Positions 11,701-24,200 of a stretch of DNA of 64,000 bases are shown here, one piece after another. The stretch comes from Eledone cirrhosa (lineage: Eukaryota). Under the pieces are notes generated by a model. The model made no database searches, was not told the origin of the DNA, and saw only the letters and a program-made list of their open reading frames with translations. The stretch is taken from NCBI GenBank assembly GCA_964016885.1, contig OZ024741.1, positions 258,354,001 to 258,418,000 of the forward strand, in the 5' to 3' direction. The translations under genes were made by a program, and so were the position numbers. Position 1 is the stretch's first letter. The number at the start of each line of letters is the position of its first letter.

Positions 11701-13467
11701 TTACGGTGTTTCGACTTACGAGTGTTTCGGCTTACGAGTGTTTTGACTTAAGGGTGTTTCGACTTACGAGTGTTTCGATACGAGTGTTTCGATTTACGAG
11801 TGTTTCGGCTTACGAGTGTTTCGACTTACGAGTGTTTCGACTTACGAGTGTTCTGATTTACGGATGTTTCGACATACGAGTGTTTCGACTTACGAGTGTT
11901 TCGACTTACGAGTGTTTTGACTTACGGGTGTTTTGACATACGAGTGTTTCGATACGAGTGTTTCGACTTCGAGTGTTCTGACTTACGATTGTTCTGACTT
12001 ACGAGCGTTCTGACTTACGAGTGTTTCGGCTTACAAGTGATTCGACTTACGAATGTTTTGACTTACGGGTGTTTCGGCTTGCGAGTGTTTCGACTTACGA
12101 GTGTTTCGGCTTTCGTGTGTTTCGACTTACTAATGATTTTACTTACGAGTGTTTCGGCGTACGAGTGTTTCGACTTACGAGTGTTTCGACTTACGAGTGT
12201 TCCGACTTACGGGTGTTTCGGATTACGAGTGTTTTGACTTGAGGGTTTTCGACTTACGAGTGTTTCGATACGAGCGTTTCGACTTACGAGTGTTCTGACT
12301 TACGAGTGTTCTGACTTACGAGTGTTCTGACTTACAAGTGTTCTTACTTACGACTGTTTCGACTTACGAGTGTTCCGACTTACGAGTGTTTCGGCTTACG
12401 AGTGTTTCGGCTTACGAGTGTTTCGACTTACGAGTGTTCCGACTTACGGGTGTTTCGACTTACGAGTGTTTTGGCTTACGGTGTTTCGGCTTACGAGTGT
12501 TTCGAGTTACGAGAGTTTTGACTTACGCGTGTTTTGACATACGAGTGTTTCGATACGAGTGTTCTGACTTACGAGTGTTCTGACTTACGAGTGTTCTGAG
12601 TTACGAGTGTTCTGACTTACGAGTGTTCCGACTTTACGAGTGTTTCGGCTCAAGAGTGTTTCGGCTTACGAGTGTTTCGACTTACGAAAATAACAAATAG
12701 ACGCGGTTTCAAATCTCTATGCTTTTCAAATTCATTACATTAATCTTTATTCATACGTTTCGCTTTACGAGTGTTTCGACTTACGAGTGTTTCGACATAC
12801 GAGTGTTTCGGCTTACGAGTGTTTTGATTTACGAGTGTTTTGACTTACGGGTGCTTCGACTTACGCGTGTTTCGACTTACGAGTGTTTCGACTTACGAGT
12901 GTTTCGACTTACGAGTGTTTCGGCTTACGAGTGTTTTGACTTACGAGTGTTTCGGCTGGCGAGTGTTTCGACTTACGAGTGTTTTGACTTAAGGGTGTTT
13001 CGACTTACGAGTGTTTCGACTTACGAGTGTTTCGACTTACGAGTGTTTCGGCTTACGAGTGTTTTGACTTAAGGGTGTTTCGACTTACGAGTGTTTCGAT
13101 ACGAGTGTTTCGACTTACGAGTGTTCTGACTTACGAGTGTTCCGACTTACGAGTGTCTCGGCTTACGAGTGTTTCGGCTTACGAGTGTTTCGACTTACGA
13201 GTGTTTCGACTTACGAGTGTTCCGACTTACGTGTGTTTCGACTTACGAGTGTTTTGGCTTAAGGTGTTTCGACTTACGAGTGTTTCGGCTTACGAGTGTT
13301 TTGACTTAAGTGTGTTTCGACTTACGAGTGTTTCGATACGAGTGTTTCGACTTACGAGTGTTTCGGCTTACGAGTGTTTCGACTTACGAGTGTTTCGACT
13401 TACGAGTGTTCTGATTTACGGATGTTTCGACATACGAGTGTTTCGACTTACGAGTGTTTCGACTTAC

Positions 13468-16400
13468 GAGTGATTCGACTTAGGAGTGTTTCGGCTGGCG
13501 AGTGTTTCGACTTACGAGTGTTTTGACTTAAGGGTGTTTCGACTTACGAGTGTTTCGACTTACGAGTGTTTCGACTTACGAGTGTTTCGGCTTACGAGTG
13601 TTTTGACTTAAGGGTGTTTCGACTTACGAGTGTTTCGATACGAGTGTTTCGACTTACGAGTGTTCTGACTTACGATTGTTCTGACTTACGAGCGTTCTGA
13701 CTTACGAGTGTTCTGACTTACGAGTGTTTCGGCTTACGAGTGTTTCGGCTTACGAGTGTTTCGACTTACGAGTGTTTCGACTTACGAGTGTTCCGACTTA
13801 CGGGTGTTTCGACTTACGAGTGTTTTGGCTTATAGTGTTTCGGCTTACGAGTGTTTCGAGTTAAGAGTGTTTTGACTTACGCGTGTTTTGACATACGAGT
13901 GTTCTGACTTACGAGTGTTCTGACTTACGAGTGTTCTGACTTACGAGTGTTCTGACTTACGAGTGTTCCGACTTTACGAGTGTTTCGGCTCTCGAGTGTT
14001 TCGGCTTACGAGTGTTTCAACTTACGAAAATAACAAATAGACGCGGTTTCAAATCTCTATGCTTTTGAAATTCATTACATTAATCTTTATTTATACGTTT
14101 CGCTTTACGAGTGTTTCCACTTACGAGTGTTTCGACATACGAGTGTTTCGACTTACGAGTGTTTCGACTTACGAGTGTTCTGATTTACGGATGTTTCGAC
14201 ATACGAGTGTTTCGACTTACGAATGTTTCGACTTACGAGTGTTTTGACTTACGGGTGTTTTGACATACGAGTGTTTCGATACGAGTGTTTCGACTTACGA
14301 GTGTTCTGACTTACGATTGTTCTGACTTACGAGCGTTCTGACTTACGAGTGTTTCGGCTTACAAGTGATTCGACTTACGAATGTTTTGACTTACGGGTGT
14401 TTCGGCTTGCGAGTGTTTCGACTTACGAGTGTTTCGGCTTGCAAGTGTTTCGACTTACTAATGATTTTACTTACGAGTGTTTCGGCGTACGTGTGTTTCG
14501 ACTTACGAGTGTTTCGACTTACGAGTGTTTTGACTTAAGGGTGTTTCGACTTACGAGTGTTTCGACTTACGAGTGTTTCGACTTACGAGTGTTTCGACTT
14601 ACGAGTGTTTCGGATTACGAGTGTTTTGACTTGAGGGTTTTCGACTTACGAGTGTTTCGATACGAGTGTTTCGACTTACGAGTGTTCTGACTTACGAGTG
14701 TTCTGACTTACGAGTGTTCTGACTTACAAGTGTTCTTACTTACGACTGTTCCGACTTACGAGTGTTCCGACTTACGAGTGTTTTGGCTTACGGTGTTTCG
14801 GCTTACGAGTGTTTCGAGTTACGAGACTTTTGACTTACGCGTGTTTTGACATACGAGTGTTTCGATACGAGTGTTCTGACTTACGAGTGTTCTGACTTAC
14901 GAGTGTTCTGAGTTACGAGTGTTCTGACTTACGAGAGTTCCGACTTTACGAGTGTTTCGGCTCACGAGTGTTTCGGCTTACGAGTGTTTCGACTTACGAA
15001 AATAACAAATAGACGCGGTTTCAAATCTCTATGCTTTTCAAATTCATTACATTAATCTTTATTCATACGTTTCGCTTTACGAGTGTTTCGACTTACGAGT
15101 GTTTCGACATACGAGTGTTTCGGCTTACGAGTGTTTTGATTTACGAGTGTTTTGACTTACGGGTGCTTCGACTTACGCGTGTTTCGACTTACGAGTGTTT
15201 CGACTTACGAGTGTTTCGACTTACGAGTGTTTCGGCTTACGAGTGTTTTGACTTACGAGTGTTTCGGCTGGCGAGTGTTTCGACTTACGAGTGTTTTGAC
15301 TTAAGGGTGTTTCGACTTACGAGTGTTTCGACTTACGTGTGTTCCGACTTACGAGTGTTTCGGCTATGGGTGTTTCGACTTATGAGTGTTTCGACTTACG
15401 AATGTTTTGGCTTACGAGTGTTTCGGCTTAGGAGTGTTTCGACTTACGAATGTTTTGGCTTACGAGTGTTTCGGCTTAGGGGTGTTTCGACTTACGAGTG
15501 TTTCGATACGAGTGTTTCGACTTACGAGTGTTTCGGCTTACGAGTGTTTCGACTTACGAGTGTTTCGACTTACGAGTGTTCTGATTTACGGATGTTTCGA
15601 CATACGAAGGTTTCGACTTACGAGTGTTTCGACTTACGAGTGTTTTGACTTACGTGTGTTTTGACATACGAGTGTTTCGATACGAGTGTTTCGACTTACG
15701 AGTGTTCTGACTTACGATTGTTCTGAATTACCAGCGTTCTGACTTACGAGTGTTTCGGCTTACGAGTGTTTCGGCTTACGAGTGTTTCGACTTACGAGTG
15801 TTTCGACTTACGAGTGTTCCGACTTACGGGTGTTTCGACTTACGAGTGTTTTGGCTTACGGTGTTTCGACTTACGAGTGTTTCGAGTTAAGAGTGTTTTG
15901 ACTTACGCGTGTTTTGACATACGAGTGTTCTGACTTACGAGTGTTCTGACTTACGAGTGTTCTGACTTACGAGTGTTCTGACTTACGAGCGTTCCGACTT
16001 TACGAGTGTTTCGGCTCACGAGTGTTTCGGCTTACGAGTGTTTCGACTTACGAAAATAACAAATAGACGCGGTTTCAAATCTCTATGCTTTTAAAATTCA
16101 TTACATTAATCTTTATTTATACGTTTCGCTTTACGAGTGTTTCGACTTACGAGTGTTTCGACATACGAGTGTTTCGACTTACGAATGTTTTTGCTTCCGG
16201 GTGTTTCGACTTACGAATGTTTTTGCTTACGAGTGTTTCGGTTTACGAGAGTTCCGACTTACGAGTGTTCCGACTTACGAGTGTTTCGGCTTACGAGTGT
16301 TTCCGGCTTACGAGTGTTTCGACTTAGGAGTGTTTCGACATACGAATGTTTTGGCTTACGGGTGTTTCGACTTACGAGTGTTTCGACTTACGGGTGTTTC

Positions 16401-19400
16401 GACTTACGAGTGTTTTGGCTTACGGTGTTTCGACTTACGAGTGTTTCGGCTTACGAGTGTTTTGACTTAATGGTGTTTCGACTTACGAGTGTTTCGATAC
16501 GAGTGTTTCGACTTACGAGTGTTTCGGCTTACGAGTGTTTCGACTTACGAGTGTTTCGACTTACGAGTGTTCTGATTTACGGATGTTTCGAAATACGAGT
16601 GTTTCGACTTACGAGTGTTCTGACTTACGATTGTTCTGACTTACGAGCGTTCTGACTTACGAGTGTTTCGGCTTACGAGTGTTTCGGCTTACGAGTGTTT
16701 CGACTTACGAGTGTTTCGACTTACGAGTGTTCCGACTTACGGGTGTTTCGACTTACGAGTGTTTTGGCTTACGGTGTTTCGACTTACGAGTGTTTCGAGT
16801 TAAGAGTGTTTTGACTTACGCGTGTTTTGACATACGAGTGTTCTGACTTACGAGTGTTCTGACTTACGAGTGTTCTGACTTACGAGTGTTCCGACTTTAC
16901 GAGTGTTTCGGCTCACGAGTGTTTCGGCTTACGAGTGTTTCGACTTACGAAAATAACATATAGACGCGGTTTCAAATCTCTATGCTTTTGAAATTCATTA
17001 CATTAATCTTTATTTATACGTTTTGCTTTACGAGTGTTTCGACTTACGAGTGTTTCGACATACGAGTGTTTCGACTTACGAATGTTTTTGCTTACGGGTG
17101 TTTCGACTTACGAATGTTTCGGCTTACGAGTGTTTCGACTTACGAGTGTTCTGACTTACGAGTGTTCTGACTTATGAGTGTTCTGACTTACGAGTGTTCT
17201 GACTTACGAGTGTTCTGACTTACGAGTGTTTTGACTTACGGTGTTTCGGCTTACAAGTGATTCGACTTACGAATGTTTTGACTTACGGGTGTTTCGGCTT
17301 GTGAGTGTTTCGACTTACGAGTGTTTCGGCTTATGAGTGTTTCGACTTACTAATGTTTTTACTTACGAGTGATTCGGCGTACGAGTGTTTTGACTTACGA
17401 GTGTTTCGGCTTACGAGTGTTTCGACTTACGAGTGTTCTAACTTACGAGTGTTCTGACTTATGAGTGTTCTGACTTACGAGTGTTCTGACTTACGAGTGT
17501 TCCGACTTACGAGTGTTTCGGCTTACGAGTGTTTCGGCTTACGAGTGTTTCGTCTTACGAGTGTTCTGACTTACGAGTGTTCTGACTTATGAGTGTTCTG
17601 ACTTACGAGTGTTCTGACTTACGAGTGTTTCGACTTACGAGTGTTTTGACTTACTGGTGTTTTGACATACGAGTGTTTCGATACGAGTGTTTCGACTTAC
17701 GAGTGTTCTGACTTACGAGTGTTCTAACTTACGAGTGTTCTGACTTACGAGTGTTCCGACATTACGAGTGTTTCGGCTCACGAGTGTTTCGGCTTACGAG
17801 TGTTTCGACTTACGAAAATAACATATAGACGCGGTTTCAAATCTCTATGCTTTTCAAATTCATTACATTAATCTTTATTTATACGTTTCGCTTTACGAGT
17901 GTTTCGACTTACGAGTGTTTCGACATACGAGTGTTTCGACTTACGAATGTTTTTGCTTACGGGTGTTTCGACTTACGAATGTTTCGGCTTACGAGTGTTT
18001 CGACTTACGAGTGTTCTGACTTACGAGTGTTCTGACTTATGAGTGTTCTGACTTACGAGTGTTCTGACTTACGAGTGTTCTGACTTACGAGTGTTTTGAC
18101 TTACGGTGTTTCGGCTTACAAGTGATTCGACTTACGAATGTTTTGACTTACGGGTGTTTCGGCTTGCGAGTGTTTCGACTTACGAGTGTTTCGGCTTATG
18201 AGTGTTTCGACTTACTAATGTTTTTACTTACGAGTGTTTCGGCGTACGAGTGTTTTGAATTACGAGTGTTTCGGCTTACGAGTGTTTCGACTTACGAGTG
18301 TTCTGACTTACGAGTGTTCTGACTTATGAGTGTTCTGACTTACGAGTGTTCTGACTTACGAGTGTTCCGACTTACGAGTGTTTCGGCTTACGAGTGTTTC
18401 GGCTTACGAGTGTTTCGTCTTACGAGTGTTCTGACTTACGAGTGTTCTGACTTATGAGTGTTCTGACTTACGAGTGTTCTGACTTACGAGTGTTTTGACT
18501 TACGGTGTTTCGGCTTACGAGTTATTCGACATACGAGTGTTTCGACACACGAGTGTTTTGACTTACGGGGGTTTCGACTTACGGGTGTTTCGACTTACGA
18601 GTGTTTCGGCTTACGAGTGTTTCGACTTACTAATGTTTTTACTTACGAGTGTTTCGGTGTACGAGTGTTTCGACTTAAGGATGTTTCGACTTACGAGTGT
18701 TTCGACTTACGAGTGTTTCGGCTTACGTGAGTTTCGACTTAAGGGTGTTTTGACTTACGCGTGTTGTGAATTACGAGTGTTCCGATTTACGAGTGTTTTG
18801 ACTTACGGTGTTTCGGCTTACGAGTTATTCGACTTACGAATGTTTTGACTTACGGGTGTTTTGGCTTGCGAGTGTTTCGACTTACGAGTGTTTCGGCTTA
18901 TGAGTGTTTCGACTTACTAATGTTTTTACTTACGAGTGTTTCGGCGTACGAGTGTTTTGACTTACGAGTGTTTCGACTTACGGGTGTTTCGGCTTACGAG
19001 TCTTTCGACTTACGAGTGTTTCGGCTGGCAAGTGTTTCGACTTACGAGTGTTTTGACTTACGAGTGTTTCGACTTACGAGTGTTTCGGCTTACGAGTGTT
19101 TTGACTTAAGGGTGTTTCGAATTACGAGTGTTTCGATACGAGTGTTTCGACTTACGAGTGTTCTGACTTACGAGTGTTCCGACTTACGAGTGTCTCGGCT
19201 TACGAGTGTTTCGGCTTACGAGTGTTTCGACTTACGAGTGTTTCGACTTAAGAGTGTTCCGACTTACGGGTGTTTCGACTTACGAGTGTTTTGGCTTACG
19301 GTGTTTCGACTTACGAGTGTTTCGGCTTACGAGTGTTTTGACTTAAGGGTGTTTCGACTTACGAGTGTTTCGATACGAGTGTTTCGATTTACGACTGTTT

Positions 19401-21050
19401 CGGCTTACGAGTGTTTCGACTTACGAGTGTTTCGACTTACGAGTGTTCTGATTTACGGATGTTTCGACATACGAGTGTTTCGACTTACGAGTGTTTCGAC
19501 TTACGAGTGTTTTGACTTACGGGTGTTTTGACATACGAGTGTTTCGATACGAGTGTTTCGACTTACGAGTGTTCTGACTTACGATTGTTCTGACTTACGA
19601 GCGTTCTGACTTACGAGTGTTTCGGCTTACAAGTGATTCGACTTACGAATGTTTTGACTTACGGGTGTTTCGGCTTGCGAGTGTTTCGACTTACGAGTGT
19701 TTCGGCTTTCGTGTGTTTCGACTTACTAATGATTTTACTTACGAGTGTTTCGGCGTACGAGTGTTTCGACTTACGAGTGTTTCGACTTACGAGTGTTCCG
19801 ACTTACGGGTGTTTCGGATTACGAGTGTTTTGACTTGAGGGTTTTCGACTTACGAGTGTTTCGATACGAGCGTTTCGACTTACGAGTGTTCTGACTTACG
19901 AGTGTTCTGACTTACGAGTGTTCTGACTTACAAGTGTTCTTACTTACGACTGTTTCGACTTACGAGTGTTCCGACTTACGAGTGTTTCGGCTTACGAGTG
20001 TTTCGGCTTACGAGTGTTTCGACTTACGAGTGTTCCGACTTACGGGTGTTTCGACTTACGAGTGTTTTGGCTTACGGTGTTTCGGCTTACGAGTGTTTCG
20101 AGTTACGAGAGTTTTGACTTACGCGTGTTTTGACATACGAGTGTTTCGATACGAGTGTTCTGACTTACGAGTGTTCTGACTTACGAGTGTTCTGAGTTAC
20201 GAGTGTTCTGACTTACGAGTGTTCCGACTTTACGAGTGTTTCGGCTCAAGAGTGTTTCGGCTTACGAGTGTTTCGACTTACGAAAATAACAAATAGACGC
20301 GGTTTCAAATCTCTATGCTTTTCAAATTCATTACATTAATCTTTATTCATACGTTTCGCTTTACGAGTGTTTCGACTTACGAGTGTTTCGACATACGAGT
20401 GTTTCGGCTTACGAGTGTTTTGATTTACGAGTGTTTTGACTTACGGGTGCTTCGACTTACGCGTGTTTCGACTTACGAGTGTTTCGACTTACGAGTGTTT
20501 CGACTTACGAGTGTTTCGGCTTACGAGTGTTTTGACTTACGTGTGTTTCGGCTGGCGAGTGTTTCGACTTACGAGTGTTTTGACTTAAGGGTGTTTCGAC
20601 TTACGAGTGTTTCGACTTACGAGTGTTTCGACTTACGAGTGTTTCGGCTTACGAGTGTTTTGACTTAAGGGTGTTTCGACTTACGAGTGTTTCGATACGA
20701 GTGTTTCGACTTACGAGTGTTCTGACTTACGAGTGTTCCGACTTACGAGTGTCTCGGCTTACGAGTGTTTCGGCTTACGAGTGTTTCGACTTACGAGTGT
20801 TTCGACTTACGAGTGTTCCGACTTACGTGTGTTTCGACTTACGAGTGTTTTGGCTTAAGGTGTTTCGACTTACGAGTGTTTCGGCTTACGAGTGTTTTGA
20901 CTTAAGTGTGTTTCGACTTACGAGTGTTTCGATACGAGTGTTTCGACTTACGAGTGTTTCGGCTTACGAGTGTTTCGACTTACGAGTGTTTCGACTTACG
21001 AGTGTTCTGATTTACGGATGTTTCGACATACGAGTGTTTCGACTTACGAG
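13468..21050 (+). repeat. Second copy of the ~7.5-kb higher-order block
   Basis: Shares rare variants with 641-8200, e.g. GAATTACCAGCG at ~2883 and ~15726, and TTGTGAG at ~4456 and ~17299. Confidence 0.9.
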
Positions 21051-24000
21051 TGTTTCGACTTACGAGTGTTTTGACTTACGGGTGTTTTGACATACGAGTG
21101 TTTCGATACGAGTGTTTCGACTTACGAGTGTTCTGACTTACGATTGTTCTGACTTACGAGCGTTCTGACTTACGAGTGTTTCGGCTTACAAGTGATTCGA
21201 CTTACGAATGTTTTGACTTACGGGTGTTTCGGCTTGCGAGTGTTTCGACTTACGAGTGTTTCGGCTTTCGAGTGTTTCGACTTACTAATGATTTTACTTA
21301 CGAGTGTTTCGGCGTACGAGTGTTTCGACTTACGAGTGTTTCGACTTACGGGTGTTTTGACTTACGGGTGTTTCGGCTTACGAGTGTTTCGACTTACGAG
21401 TGTTTCGACTTACGAGTGTTTCGGATTACGAGTGTTTTGACTTGAGGGTTTTCGACTTACGAGTGTTTCGATACGAGCGTTTCGACTTACGAGTGTTCTG
21501 ACTTACGATTGTTCTGACTTACGAGTGTTCTGACTTACAAGTGTTCTTACTTACGACTGTTTCGACTTACGAGTGTTCCGACTTACGAGTGTTTCGGCTT
21601 ACGAGTGTTTCGGCTTACGAGTGTTTCGACTTACGAGTGTTCCGACTTACGGGTGTTTCGACTTACGAGTGTTTTGGCTTACGGTGTTTCGGCTTACGAG
21701 TGTTTCGAGTTACGAGAGTTTTGACTTACGCGTGTTTTGACATACGAGTGTTTCGATACGAGTGTTCTGACTTACGAGTGTTCTGACTTACGAGTGTTCT
21801 GAGTTACGAGTGTTCTGACTTACGAGTGTTCCGACTTTACGAGTGTTTCGGCTCAAGAGTGTTTCGGCTTACGAGTGTTTCGACTTACGAAAATAACAAA
21901 TAGACGCGGTTTCAAATCTCTATGCTTTTCAAATTCATTACATTAATCTTTATTCATACGTTTCGCTTTACGAGTGTTTCGACTTACGAGTGTTTCGACA
22001 TACGAGTGTTTCGGCTTACGAGTGTTTTGATTTACGAGTGTTTTGACTTACGGGTGCTTCGACTTACGCGTGTTTCGACTTACGAGTGTTTCGACTTACG
22101 AGTGTTTCGACTTACGAGTGTTTCGGCTTACGAGTGTTTTGACTTACGAGTGTTTCGGCTGGCGAGTGTTTCGACTTACGAGTGTTTTGACTTAAGGGTG
22201 TTTCGACTTACGAGTGTTTCGACTTACGAGTGTTTCGACTTACGAGTGTTTCGGCTTACGAGTGTTTTGACTTAAGGGTGTTTCGACTTACGAGTGTTTC
22301 GATACGAGTGTTTCGACTTACGAGTGTTCTGACTTACGAGTGTTCCGACTTACGAGTGTCTCGGCTTACGAGTGTTTCGGCTTACGAGTGTTTCGACTTA
22401 CGAGTGTTTCGACTTACGAGTGTTCCGACTTACGTGTGTTTCGACTTACGAGTGTTTTGGCTTAAGGTGTTTCGACTTACGAGTGTTTCGGCTTACGAGT
22501 GTTTTGACTTAAGTGTGTTTCGACTTACGAGTGTTTCGATACGAGTGTTTCGACTTACGAGTGTTTCGGCTTACGAGTGTTTCGACTTACGAGTGTTTCC
22601 ACTTACGAGTGTTCTGATTTACGGATGTTTCGACATACGAGTGTTTCGACTTACGAGTGTTTCGACTTACGAGTGTTTTGACTTACGGGTGTTTTGACAT
22701 ACGAGTGTTTCGATACGAGTGTTTCGACTTACGAGTGTTCTGACTTACGATTGTTCTGACTTACGAGCGTTCTGACTTACGAGTGTTTCGGCTTACAAGT
22801 GATTCGACTTACGAATGTTTTGACTTACGGGTGTTTCGGCTTGCGAGTGTTTCGACTTACGAGTGTTTCGGCTTTCGAGTGTTTCGACTTACTAATGATT
22901 TTACTTACGAGTGTTTCGGCGTACGAGTGTTTCGACTTACGAGTGTTTCGACTTACGGGTGTTTTGACTTACGGGTGTTTCGGCTTACGAGTGTTTCGAC
23001 TTACGAGTGTTTCGACTTACGAGTGTTTCGGATTACGAGTGTTTTGACTTGAGGGTTTTCGACTTACGAGTGTTTCGATACGAGCGTTTCGACTTACGAG
23101 TGTTCTGACTTACGAGTGTTCTGACTTACGAGTGTTCTGACTTACAAGTGTTCTTACTTACGACTGTTTCGACTTACGAGTGTTCCGACTTACGAGTGTT
23201 TCGGCTTACGAGTGTTTCGGCTTACGAGTGTTTCGACTTACGAGTGTTCCGACTTACGGGTGTTTCGACTTACGAGTGTTTTGGCTTACGGTGTTTCGGC
23301 TTACGAGTGTTTCGAGTTACGAGAGTTTTGACTTACGCGTGTTTTGACATACGAGTGTTTCGATACGAGTGTTCTGACTTACGAGTGTTCTGACTTACGA
23401 GTGTTCTGAGTTACGAGTGTTCTGACTTACGAGTGTTCCGACTTTACGAGTGTTTCGGCTCAAGAGTGTTTCGGCTTACGAGTGTTTCGACTTACGAAAA
23501 TAACAAATAGACGCGGTTTCAAATCTCTATGCTTTTCAAATTCATTACATTAATCTTTATTCATACGTTTCGCTTTACGAGTGTTTCGACTTACGAGTGT
23601 TTCGACATACGAGTGTTTCGGCTTACGAGTGTTTTGATTTACGAGTGTTTTGACTTACGGGTGCTTCGACTTACGCGTGTTTCGACTTACGAGTGTTTCG
23701 ACTTACGAGTGTTTCGACTTACGAGTGTTTCGGCTTACGAGTGTTTTGACTTACGAGTGTTTCGGCTGGCGAGTGTTTCGACTTACGAGTGTTTTGACTT
23801 AAGGGTGTTTCGACTTACGAGTGTTTCGACTTACGAGTGTTTCGACATACGAGTGTTTCGGCTTACGAGTGTTTTGACTTAAGGGTGTTTCGACTTACGA
23901 GTGTTTCGATACGAGTGTTTCGACTTACGAGTGTTCTGACTTACGAGTGTTCCGACTTACGAGTGTCTCGGCTTACGAGTGTTTCGGCTTACGAGTGTTT

Positions 24001-24200
24001 CGACTTACGAGTGTTTCGACTTACGAGTGTTCCGACTTACGTGTGTTTCGACTTACGAGTGTTTTGGCTTAAGGTGTTTCGACTTACGAGTGTTTCGGCT
24101 TACGAGTGTTTTGACTTAAGTGTGTTTCGACTTACGAGTGTTTCGATACGAGTGTTTCGACTTACGAGTGTTTCGGCTTACGAGTGTTTCGACTTACGAG
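19900..24200 (+). repeat. 1607-bp tandem higher-order repeat, about 2.7 copies, one element per unit
   Basis: Elements at 20284, 21891 and 23498; ORF triplets 19934/21541/23148 and 20623/22230/23837. Confidence 0.92.
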
